64,000 bases of DNA, taken from the IMG/VR virus record IMGVR_UViG_3300032435_000001. One strand, given 5' to 3'. The translations under genes and the position numbers were made by a program. The DNA is from a virus. The notes under the pieces are model-generated. The model was not told the origin of the DNA. It did not search any database and worked only from the letters and a program-made list of their open reading frames with translations. Shown here piece after piece: positions 52,997 through 61,925 of the stretch (its first letter is position 1; every line of letters begins with the position of its first letter).

Positions 52997-53567
52997 AATT
53001 ATAAATATTCCTCAAAGTGCTAAAATTAAAGTACATTGGGGTGATAAAGGTGAGAATTACAGTCGTGAGAATAAAATTAAAGTTAGAAATGATTTCGCAA
53101 AAAAATACGGGGTTGATAAAAATAACGTTAATATAATTTTCAGACCTTTTAAGGTAAATTCTAAAGGTGAGTTAATAGAGGTTAAAGGAGCTTCTATTGA
53201 TAATATAATGGATATTTCATATCAACGTAGCTTGATGAAGGAATGGTTCGTTAGGGAAGCTAAAAGTGTTGATTTAGATAGGTTAATGAAATTAGATGAT
53301 AAGGTAAATAATTCATTAAATATTGATTTAACACAAAAAACACATAGGTCTTGGAATTTGAAGTGGTTAATGTTAAACAATTTCTTATGTTATGGTCCAA
53401 AACAAAACTTCATATCATTCGCTAATTTAAAAGGGCTTAATGTTGTAACGTCAAACCCATCAAATCAAGGTGGTAAATGCGTTAGGGCAAACACTAACAT
53501 AAAAATTAGTTATAATGTTGATGACATAGTAAAAAAACTAGGTTTCCTACCAGATGAATTGAAATAA
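52989..53567 (+). CDS. Rad50/SbcC (T4 gp46-like) N-terminal fragment ending in a 29-aa split-intein N-fragment (53478-53564)
   Basis: W.LK.L.L.NFLCYG...GLNVV..SNQGGK (first half of Walker A), then CVRANTNIKISY...stop. Confidence 0.88.
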   Translation: MNKIINIPQSAKIKVHWGDKGENYSRENKIKVRNDFAKKYGVDKNNVNIIFRPFKVNSKGELIEVKGASIDNIMDISYQRSLMKEWFVREAKSVDLDRLMKLDDKVNNSLNIDLTQKTHRSWNLKWLMLNNFLCYGPKQNFISFANLKGLNVVTSNPSNQGGKCVRANTNIKISYNVDDIVKKLGFLPDELK

Positions 53568-53594
53568 TTAACGATAATTTTAAGAAGAAAATAA

Positions 53595-55832
53595 ATGAAT
53601 AAAGAAATAACAATTGGTGAATTAAATTCTATATATGAAAAATATGGTGATTTAAACTTTAAGGTTGAGACACCATATGGATATAAAGATATAACTTGGT
53701 GTGGTATAACCGAAGAAAATGCTGATGTATATCGTTGTGAACTTGAAGATGGTAAATACGTTGAGGGTGCTGATTACCATAGGTTAAAAAAAGAGGATGG
53801 GGATTTCGTTCTTTTAAAGGAAGTTGAGGTTGGTGAGTCGATTCAAACAGTTAATGGGATGTCTAACGTTAAATCCATTGAGTTGATGTCTTCCAAAGAT
53901 ACATTATATGACATTCAAGTGGCTGAAGTTCATCAATACTACTCCAATGGTATAGTTTCACATAATACAACTTTTAGTGTTGACGCATTAAAATTCTTAT
54001 TTTTTGGTAGAACAACTAAAACTGATAAGAATGAACAAATTTTTAACTCATATACCGATGAAAATGAGTTGAAGGTTAGAGGGATGATTGAATTCGATGG
54101 TAAGGAAATTATAATCGAGAGAAAGATGAGTAGAACGCTTAAAAAAGAAGGTGGTTGGGCTGTGAAGAATCAACTTAATTATTTTGAGTTATTACCAGAT
54201 GGTGATGAGGTTTTATTGAATGATGAGGATAGCAAGGCTTCAACTATGACAATTCAAAATACGATTGGTTCTGAGAAAGATTTTGATATTACAATATTAG
54301 CAACTGGTGGTAACCTTGAGGATTTAATCGACTCAACACCAACTGAGAGTGGTAAATTATTAACTAAATTCATTGGTCTTGAAATAATTGAGTTGAAAGA
54401 AAAATCAGCTAGGGATATGTACAATGAATTTGCTAAAACTAAAACTGCTAATATTTATGATATTACAACATTATTTGATGAGATAAATGATTGTGGTGAG
54501 AAAATTGAGTTACTAGATATTGCATTTAGTAATCAAAACGAAACTATGGGAGTATTAAATGGCAAGCTTAGTAATTTAAATGAATCTAAAGACATTAAAT
54601 TATCATCCAAAAAGAATGTTAATGAGAAAATATCAATTCTAAACCCAGATACTTTAGAGAGTAAATTATCAGCTATTGGTTTGGCTGGTAAAAATAAAAA
54701 TGTTGAGATTGCAAATTTAAATGTTGAGATTAAATCATTATTAGCTGTTGATTATGATGAATCTAAATATTTTAAATTAATTGAGGATAGAGCGATTATA
54801 AATAATGAAATATCAAATTCTGGTCTGGATAAACTTAGAATTGAAAAGTTGGTTTCAGATTTGGAAAATGGTGAGTTATGCCCTACATGTAGTAGACCGT
54901 TAGAGGATGTGGACCATTCTACTGAGATAAAAGATAATAAGGCGTTATTACTTATTAAAATTGGTGATATTATAAAATTTGAAGCTAAATTAATTGAAAT
55001 TAATAAGGTTATTGAGGATTTAAATACAAATAAATTATTAGTTGATAGGCGAATGAGGTTAGAAAACCTACTTGGTAAAAATGAATTGGAGTTAGCGCAA
55101 TTAAAGGTTGATTATGTTGACCAAAATAAACTTTTAACTGAGTATAACTTAAATAAAGATTCCATAGAATTTAACTTAGACGTTGATTTGATGGTTTCTA
55201 AGATTAAATCTGATATTCAGATTGAGGAATATAATAAATCTGAATTACTTAAAAAAATAAGTGAGATTGAAACTTTATTAAGGGATAAGAAATTATTAAT
55301 TGAGAAAAACAATGTTTTAGTTTCCAAGATTAAGAACGAGGAAGAGGTTGATAAGATATTTAAAGTTTACATTGAAATGGTTGGTAAAAAGGGTATTAGT
55401 AAACTAGTGTTAAGGTCAGTATTACCTATCATAAATTCTGAGTTATATAGATTACTTGATGAGTCTTGTGATTTTAATATTGAATTAATTATTAACTCAA
55501 AAAACGAAGTTGAGTATTTATTAGAAAAGGATGATATTTTAAAACCTTTAAAATCTGGTAGTGGTTTAGAAAGAACCATAGCTAGTTTGGCTTTAAGATG
55601 TGTTTTAGGTAAGATGTCACACCTACCAATGCCAAATTTCATTACGTTTGACGAAGTTTTGGGTAAAATAGCTGATATTAATATTGAAAAATTGAAACCA
55701 ATGTTTGAGAAGATACGTGACATGTACGAGATTGTATTTTTAATCACACACAACGACATTGTGAAAGATTGGTCTGACAATATAATATCAATAACCAAAA
55801 CTGATAATATATCAGAAATATACGTTAAGTAA
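53595..55832 (+). CDS. Rad50/SbcC C-terminal fragment preceded by a 124-aa split-intein C-fragment (53595-53966)
   Basis: ADYHRL, LYDIQV..HQYYSNGIVSHN|TTFSVDAL; CPTC zinc hook, SG.E signature, TFDEV Walker B, LITH. Confidence 0.92.
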   Translation: MNKEITIGELNSIYEKYGDLNFKVETPYGYKDITWCGITEENADVYRCELEDGKYVEGADYHRLKKEDGDFVLLKEVEVGESIQTVNGMSNVKSIELMSSKDTLYDIQVAEVHQYYSNGIVSHNTTFSVDALKFLFFGRTTKTDKNEQIFNSYTDENELKVRGMIEFDGKEIIIERKMSRTLKKEGGWAVKNQLNYFELLPDGDEVLLNDEDSKASTMTIQNTIGSEKDFDITILATGGNLEDLIDSTPTESGKLLTKFIGLEIIELKEKSARDMYNEFAKTKTANIYDITTLFDEINDCGEKIELLDIAFSNQNETMGVLNGKLSNLNESKDIKLSSKKNVNEKISILNPDTLESKLSAIGLAGKNKNVEIANLNVEIKSLLAVDYDESKYFKLIEDRAIINNEISNSGLDKLRIEKLVSDLENGELCPTCSRPLEDVDHSTEIKDNKALLLIKIGDIIKFEAKLIEINKVIEDLNTNKLLVDRRMRLENLLGKNELELAQLKVDYVDQNKLLTEYNLNKDSIEFNLDVDLMVSKIKSDIQIEEYNKSELLKKISEIETLLRDKKLLIEKNNVLVSKIKNEEEVDKIFKVYIEMVGKKGISKLVLRSVLPIINSELYRLLDESCDFNIELIINSKNEVEYLLEKDDILKPLKSGSGLERTIASLALRCVLGKMSHLPMPNFITFDEVLGKIADINIEKLKPMFEKIRDMYEIVFLITHNDIVKDWSDNIISITKTDNISEIYVK

Positions 55833-55875
55833 GAATTTTATATGTATATTTGTATTAATAATAAAGATAAGGAAT

Positions 55876-56394
55876 ATGGGTTTAAAAAATTATTTGTTAG
55901 TTAGTTTAGGTGCTATTGATGGTATTAAAGAGGATTTATTAGAAATTTCTGAAGGTCACCCAAAATATATAAACGCTAAAAACGTTTTTATGAGCACATT
56001 TAAATCAGGGTTAAATTGTAATGAGATTAAAACTTATTTAAACTCTATTGAGGGAAGAACTTTTTTCATTTCGGAAATAAATAAGAAAACTTTAAGTGTT
56101 TCATTAGGTAGTAAGAAATTCGATGAGCATCTTTTCGGTGATTACATTGATTACATAAACACAGTAGACATTTCAGAATCTTACGATGATTTAAATGGTA
56201 ATCCATTCAGTGCCACAACAACTGAAACCCCAATTTTTAAATCAGTAAACACTAAAGGTTCAAATTTAGACATTAGGTTTATGACAGATTCTGAAATTGA
56301 GGAATCAATAGATTTATTATTAGATAAAGGCTTTTTTAATTTAACTGAGTATGATAAAAACTTACTAGTTAAATTAAACAGTATAAAAAAATAA
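55876..56394 (+). CDS. Hypothetical protein
   Basis: 172-aa ORF; TATATTTG at 55845. Confidence 0.65.
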   Translation: MGLKNYLLVSLGAIDGIKEDLLEISEGHPKYINAKNVFMSTFKSGLNCNEIKTYLNSIEGRTFFISEINKKTLSVSLGSKKFDEHLFGDYIDYINTVDISESYDDLNGNPFSATTTETPIFKSVNTKGSNLDIRFMTDSEIEESIDLLLDKGFFNLTEYDKNLLVKLNSIKK

Positions 56395-56397
56395 ATC

Positions 56398-56425
56398 TTT
56401 ACTTTTATGTAACATTTAGTATGTT
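56398..56425 (+). promoter_or_regulatory. TTTACT-N16-TATGTT promoter upstream of the sigma gene
   Basis: Recurrent motif class. Confidence 0.55.
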
Positions 56426-56464
56426 ATATAGTTAAGTATAAGGTAAAATTAATTAATTAATTTA

Positions 56465-57310
56465 ATGAGGAGTAATTATGTTAATCTTGATAATACTGAT
56501 AGTGTGATTAAGTATTTTAAGGAAATTAAAAAAGTTGATTTATTAACAATTGACGAAGAAGTGGAGTTAGGTAATAGAATCCAGAGTGGTGATGAAAAAG
56601 CTGTTAACGAATTAGTTGAGGCAAATTTAAAATTTGTGATTTCAGTAGCTAAAGAATATCAGAATAGTGGTGTTTTATTTAGTGATTTAATCAATGAGGG
56701 TAATTATGGGTTAATAAAAGCAGCCTATAGGTTTGACCCAACTAGAGGTTTTAGATTTATTTCATATGCTGTATATTGGATTAAACAATCTATCATGCAA
56801 TATCTAAATGAGCATGGTAGAACGATTAGGTTACCAGTTAATGTTATTAGTAAGATTAACTTAACTAAAAAACATATGGCTAGTTTTGAGTTCGAGAATG
56901 GGAGACTACCAACGGATAATGAAGAGATTGACTTTAATGGTGAAAATTTAATATTCGAGGAGATTAACGTTTCCTCTTGTAGCTCTTTGAATGATTATAT
57001 AAATGAAGATGGTGATGAGTTATCTGATTTAATATCCGATGATATAAATATCGAGGATTTAATAATCAATAAAACTGATAGCGATAAACTAAGAAATGCT
57101 TTAATTGAAACATTAAAAGTTTTGAATGTTAGGGAGAGAGAAATCATCAGCTTTTATTTTGGTCTAGACTATGAATACGAACCTATGACCTTGGAAGATA
57201 TTGGTGATAAGTTTAATCTTACTAAAGAGAGGATTAGACAAATTAAAGAAAAGGCTATTAGAAAGCTTAGACATAACACAATAAATTTACAAAAAATATT
57301 AGATAAATAA
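56465..57310 (+). CDS. RNA polymerase sigma70-family factor, similar to the Bacteroidota primary sigma (no region 1.1)
   Basis: ANLKFVISVAK.YQ, DLINEGN.GLIKAA.RFD..RGF.FISYAV.WI.QSI, TLEDIG..F.LTKERIRQIKEKA. Confidence 0.93.
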   Translation: MRSNYVNLDNTDSVIKYFKEIKKVDLLTIDEEVELGNRIQSGDEKAVNELVEANLKFVISVAKEYQNSGVLFSDLINEGNYGLIKAAYRFDPTRGFRFISYAVYWIKQSIMQYLNEHGRTIRLPVNVISKINLTKKHMASFEFENGRLPTDNEEIDFNGENLIFEEINVSSCSSLNDYINEDGDELSDLISDDINIEDLIINKTDSDKLRNALIETLKVLNVREREIISFYFGLDYEYEPMTLEDIGDKFNLTKERIRQIKEKAIRKLRHNTINLQKILDK

Positions 57311-57311
57311 T

Positions 57312-58568
57312 ATGAAGTTACATTTTGGATATTTACTCGGATTATCAGCTTTATTAGTAGCTGGTTGCGCAGCTTTTTTCTCTGTATATGGTCTTAGTCA
57401 ATTATTTGCTGGAGCTAGTTTAGCTGTTATTATAATGGCATCAGCACTAGAGTTTAGTAAAATAATCGCCACTAGTTTTTTACATATATATTGGAAAGAG
57501 ATAAGTAAATCATTAAAAATATATTTAACAACAGGGGTTGCCGTGCTAGTCACGATAACCTCTGCTGGTATTTATGGATTCCTATCTAACGCATATCAAA
57601 TTACAGCGAATAATTTAGACATGTTAAATGGGGAATCTAATTTATATGATAATAAGATTAGACAATTTGATAGTAAGGTAAGCTCAAATAATAAATTAGT
57701 TGAGTTGAAATCTAAGCGTGTTAATCAATTGAATAACTCTAGAGTTAGTCAAGAAAATAGATTAGACTTGGGTAAGAATAGTTGGGCGATAAGAAATGAT
57801 ATTAAACAAGCTAGTTCTGAAATACAAACTATGAATTCAGAAATTGATAATTTAGTTTCTGAAAATAACAAACTATTAGATTCAATTTCATCATTAAAAA
57901 ATGAAAAATTTAAAATAGTAGGTAACTCCAAGGTTGCTGGGGAGATAGGCCCTTTAAAATATATTTCAGAGTTAACTAACACATCTATGGATAAGATAGT
58001 TAATTATTTTATACTATTACTAATATTCGTATTCGACCCTTTAGCCATTGCATTGGTAATAGCAACTAATTGGGTTTTCGATAAGAATAGAAAAGCTTTA
58101 TTGGTCAAACCTGAAGCAAATAAAAATGTAGGTGAGATTAAAGAAACCAAATTAGATTTTGATACTTTAACAATAGAAGAGGATAATAATTTGATTGATG
58201 AACCTATCGATACTTTCAAGAGTGTAGAACATTTTAATGAACTTACTAGTAAGACTATAAAATTAGATGAAGAGGTTACAAATGAGGTTGTAAATGAGGT
58301 TGTAAATGAGGTTGTAAATGAGGCTGTAAACTTAGATAGTGAGGTTGTAAATGAGGTTGTAAATGAGGAATTAATTGATAGTATTGTTGATATTTTAAAT
58401 AAGACTAGGAAGGTTCAGAGGGATGATATCAAGGAAATAAGAGAGATTAATGAACGTGATAGAGGTTTCCCAACCTCAATACCCGATATCAAGAATTCGG
58501 TTAATAGAATAGACGGTGATATGTTTAATGTTAACGGAGACACTAAAAACATGTTTTATCGAAAATAG
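57312..58568 (+). CDS. Multi-pass membrane protein with a long coiled coil
   Basis: Three N-terminal TM helices, coiled coil, further TM segment ILLLIFVFDPLAIALVIA. Confidence 0.7.
   Translation: MKLHFGYLLGLSALLVAGCAAFFSVYGLSQLFAGASLAVIIMASALEFSKIIATSFLHIYWKEISKSLKIYLTTGVAVLVTITSAGIYGFLSNAYQITANNLDMLNGESNLYDNKIRQFDSKVSSNNKLVELKSKRVNQLNNSRVSQENRLDLGKNSWAIRNDIKQASSEIQTMNSEIDNLVSENNKLLDSISSLKNEKFKIVGNSKVAGEIGPLKYISELTNTSMDKIVNYFILLLIFVFDPLAIALVIATNWVFDKNRKALLVKPEANKNVGEIKETKLDFDTLTIEEDNNLIDEPIDTFKSVEHFNELTSKTIKLDEEVTNEVVNEVVNEVVNEAVNLDSEVVNEVVNEELIDSIVDILNKTRKVQRDDIKEIREINERDRGFPTSIPDIKNSVNRIDGDMFNVNGDTKNMFYRK
58272..58368 (+). repeat. 12-bp in-frame repeat (NEVV)
   Basis: aatgaggttgta repeated in two short runs. 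Confidence 0.85.
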
Positions 58569-58569
58569 G

Positions 58570-59178
58570 ATGGTTAATAAAGAATATAAATTAGGTGAGT
58601 CGAATTATATTAAGGTAGTCTCACCTAAAAATAAAATTGTTATTGGTAACTCTAACACTTCCGAAATGAAACATTTTGATAGGTGGGTTAATAGAATATC
58701 TGGTGATTATAAGAACACATCAAGTTATACCATTGATTTAAATGGGGTTATCTACGAACATTTTAACCCCAAGTACTTTAGTTATTTTATAAATGATGAA
58801 TCAGTTGATAACTCAATTATAGGTATTACTTTGGTTAATGAAGGTTATATTAATGTTGAAAATGAAAAAAAAGATAAGTTAACTTGGAATAATGATATTT
58901 ATATTAGGAAGAGTAGGTTAATTAGTAAAAAATGGCGTGATAAAGAACTTTGGGCACCATATAGTGAGAAACAACTTAATAGTTTAGTTTCATTATGTAA
59001 AGATTTATCCATATTATTCGAAATACCGTTAGAATGTATTGGTCACAATGTTGAGATAATGAATCCTAATGGTTTTGATGGTATAATGTTTAGGAGTAAT
59101 TTTTCAAAATTTAATTATGACGTTTCACCAGCATTCGATTTTAATGAGTTTAATAAAAAAATTGTAAAAAGTAAATAA
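58570..59178 (+). CDS. N-acetylmuramoyl-L-alanine amidase-like protein (Amidase_2 fold), catalytic residues appear altered
   Basis: Y.ID..G.IYE, SIIGI.L.N.G, Y...Q..SL..LC, GH, DVSP.F. Confidence 0.6.
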   Translation: MVNKEYKLGESNYIKVVSPKNKIVIGNSNTSEMKHFDRWVNRISGDYKNTSSYTIDLNGVIYEHFNPKYFSYFINDESVDNSIIGITLVNEGYINVENEKKDKLTWNNDIYIRKSRLISKKWRDKELWAPYSEKQLNSLVSLCKDLSILFEIPLECIGHNVEIMNPNGFDGIMFRSNFSKFNYDVSPAFDFNEFNKKIVKSK

Positions 59179-59180
59179 AA

Positions 59181-59648
59181 ATGAGTATAGAGCAAAATAA
59201 TGAGCATGACATCACTAGGAAGATGTTAAATGTTATTAGAGAAAATCACACCAAAGGAAACAGGTTAATCAAAGAGGGTTTTGGTGAAAATGGGGTTGGT
59301 GATTCCAATGAAAATAAAGCCGTATCACTTAGTCAAGAAGAATTAAATCAAGAACACAACACATTTAGGGATTTGGTTTCAGCTAGAGTTGATTTCACAA
59401 CATTTAAAATATACCCTGATGTTAGTAATGTAATATTTGGTGGTGTACTACAAAATGGTATGGAGTGGCAATTATCATTAGAAGAATCTAATGGTCTGTA
59501 TATAACAGCTAATAATTTACAACTTGATGATGAAACCATTAATTTGATTAAAAAACTAAAAGGTTTTTATGATAGATGGGCTGACGAGTGGGCTAAAAAA
59601 ATAAATACTGAATACAAAAATGGTGATAGGGATGAAAATGGATTATAA
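59181..59648 (+). CDS. Hypothetical protein, possibly internal head protein
   Basis: 155-aa ORF with N-terminal IRE/IKE motifs. Confidence 0.6.
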   Translation: MSIEQNNEHDITRKMLNVIRENHTKGNRLIKEGFGENGVGDSNENKAVSLSQEELNQEHNTFRDLVSARVDFTTFKIYPDVSNVIFGGVLQNGMEWQLSLEESNGLYITANNLQLDDETINLIKKLKGFYDRWADEWAKKINTEYKNGDRDENGL

Positions 59649-60411
59649 AAAAACCAACCGACTGTTAATTGTTATTATGATAGGTTTAATCTTATTAACG
59701 GTTTTAAATTGTAATAAATCTAGTAACCTACAAGTTAAAAATAATATTACTGAGCAAAATTTAAAAGCTTTAAGTGATTCATTAAGGGTTAGTGAAAATA
59801 AAGTTGGTGATGTTGAATATAGTAAAAATATACTAGTTTCAGAAAAAAAAGATTTAAAGAATTTAAACAGTGATTTAGCTAATGAATTATCAAAAGAGAA
59901 GGGTAAGGTTAGTCAGCTAACTAAGTACGTTATATCAATTAAGAATAACCCAAAAGACACTATTAAAGTACCAAACTATATTGCGATTTACCCTAATGGT
60001 GTGAAAGGTTTGAAATGGGATTATGAAAAAGTTTACGATTCAGTAAATTATAGAAGAATTTCTGGCGTTTCTAAATATATAGTTGATACAATTAATTTAG
60101 AGTTAAGACCTTTAAATACTGAGATAATAAATGATGAGATTAGTTTTGACGTAATACAAGGTTTAAGAGAAAAAGATGGTAATGTTGAGATGTTTGTAAG
60201 GTCAAATTACCCTGATTTCTCTCTTAAGGATTTAAACTCAGTTATTATAGACCCTCAAACCCACCCAGTTTTGAGTAAATACACTAAAAAAAGAAGGTTT
60301 GGTGTTGGATTTTATACTGGTTATGGTATCTACGTTGATAATTTTAGGGGTACAGCTGGATTAGGAGCCCAATTAGGCGTTGGTTTCAGTTATAATTTAT
60401 TTAATTTTTAA
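59638..60411 (+). CDS. Envelope protein: N-terminal signal anchor/lipobox, coiled coil, C-terminal beta-hairpin ending in Phe
   Basis: LLIVIMIGLILLTVLNC; RFGVGFYTGYG..GAQLGVGFSYNLFNF. Confidence 0.6.
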   Translation: MDYKKTNRLLIVIMIGLILLTVLNCNKSSNLQVKNNITEQNLKALSDSLRVSENKVGDVEYSKNILVSEKKDLKNLNSDLANELSKEKGKVSQLTKYVISIKNNPKDTIKVPNYIAIYPNGVKGLKWDYEKVYDSVNYRRISGVSKYIVDTINLELRPLNTEIINDEISFDVIQGLREKDGNVEMFVRSNYPDFSLKDLNSVIIDPQTHPVLSKYTKKRRFGVGFYTGYGIYVDNFRGTAGLGAQLGVGFSYNLFNF

Positions 60412-60482
60412 TAAAACCCTTTATTTAGTGTTTTTATGAATTATTTTAATATTTATATGTAAGAACTTAAAAGATATTATAA

Positions 60483-61925
60483 ATGAGTAAAATAAAATTA
60501 ACTAATTCTCAAGTAAAAATGATTCAGGAGCATGAGGATTCAATTGGAAAACGAATAATATTAAAAATAGATAAGGGTCAGTATTCAAGGTTATTTGAGT
60601 CAAAAGAAAAACAAATGACCCTTAATAACGTGAGTGAGGGTATTATGGATACACTTACTAGTGTTGACCCTGAATTTCTATCTAATTTAATAAGTACTTT
60701 TAAGAGTTTCATTAACGACCCATCACAAAAAGGGTTATCACCTTTTTGGGTTAAAAATGGTGTTACTTGGGGTGATTATAAAGCATTCCTATTATCAACT
60801 GGGTTGTTCACAACTTTAGTTATTGGTGGTAGTGAAGTTTTAAAATTAAATAGAAAATTAATAAATAAATTACCTAAACAAGAAGTTTTAAAGATTATTA
60901 AAACAGCTGGTAGACATCTATATAATAAATTCGTTGAGAATAGGTATGATATGGAAAATGGTGGTAAAGTTATTAATGTAGATGGTGAAAAAGTTGATGA
61001 GGTTTTATATGGTGATGATTTAGAGTTAGGGAATGTGAATGAATATGGTGATTACCCATCTGGTGCTGAGGATGATTCAAATGCACCTTGGAATCAAAGT
61101 GATGCGAGACCAGAATACGAAATGGAGTCACAAGAAAATGTTGTAATGTTAATTAAAAATTATGGTGATTTTGGTTTATTATCTGATAATGATGGTGGTA
61201 AATACTACATTGACTTAATGAATTTCCATTATGACCCAAATTCGGATAACGATTTCCTAAACAATAAAATAAATGTTGCGATTGAAAGCGGTGAGCTTGA
61301 ATTAGACACTAAAGGTACTAAATTATTTAGTGCTAATGTAATATCTAAAATAACTTCATTTAATAAAGAAGAATTTTTGGGTAACACTTTCGATGGTGAT
61401 AGAGATGAGATTGAACAACATCTTAATAATTTAAAAGAGATGACTACTACTGGTAGCGTTGGGGGTAGTTATGTCCAACCATTGGGTAGGAAATCAATAG
61501 TTAGAGGTGGTAAGATGATTGAGGATGGATACGATAAAGATGATAGTAAGAAATTAAGATTCGTTGTTGAGTTAGACATGTATATTGATGGTAATACGAT
61601 TGAGGAAGCCGAAGCTAAGGGTTTTGGTATTACTAGAATGATAAATAAAAAATTTGATGTAAATGCTAGAGTAACTAACATTCAACCAAGGAAATTTGGT
61701 AGTATTGGTGAGAATTTTAAAAAAACGGATAGTCAAGTTTCTTTTGATGATTGCACAAAATTAAATAACAATACGGTAGCCCAAGATGGTGGTTGTAGTG
61801 TTGGTAGTGTTGATGATGTTGTTAAAATTGAGGGTTTTTATGAATCAGTTGCATTAAAAACTGGTAGAACTGTTAATGAAGTTAGAGAAATAATTAAAAG
61901 AAATAAAACTAAAAATAATGGATAA
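60483..61925 (+). CDS. Hypothetical protein, possibly internal head protein
   Basis: TATTTAT at 60450; many hydrophobic-x-E sites. Confidence 0.6.
   Translation: MSKIKLTNSQVKMIQEHEDSIGKRIILKIDKGQYSRLFESKEKQMTLNNVSEGIMDTLTSVDPEFLSNLISTFKSFINDPSQKGLSPFWVKNGVTWGDYKAFLLSTGLFTTLVIGGSEVLKLNRKLINKLPKQEVLKIIKTAGRHLYNKFVENRYDMENGGKVINVDGEKVDEVLYGDDLELGNVNEYGDYPSGAEDDSNAPWNQSDARPEYEMESQENVVMLIKNYGDFGLLSDNDGGKYYIDLMNFHYDPNSDNDFLNNKINVAIESGELELDTKGTKLFSANVISKITSFNKEEFLGNTFDGDRDEIEQHLNNLKEMTTTGSVGGSYVQPLGRKSIVRGGKMIEDGYDKDDSKKLRFVVELDMYIDGNTIEEAEAKGFGITRMINKKFDVNARVTNIQPRKFGSIGENFKKTDSQVSFDDCTKLNNNTVAQDGGCSVGSVDDVVKIEGFYESVALKTGRTVNEVREIIKRNKTKNNG

Noticed and set aside
53565-53594. Stop-codon read-through or recoding joining the two in-frame SbcC ORFs
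   Set aside because: Two TAA stops lie in the gap, TAA is the main stop in this window, and the second ORF has its own A-rich leader and ATG; a split intein explains it better
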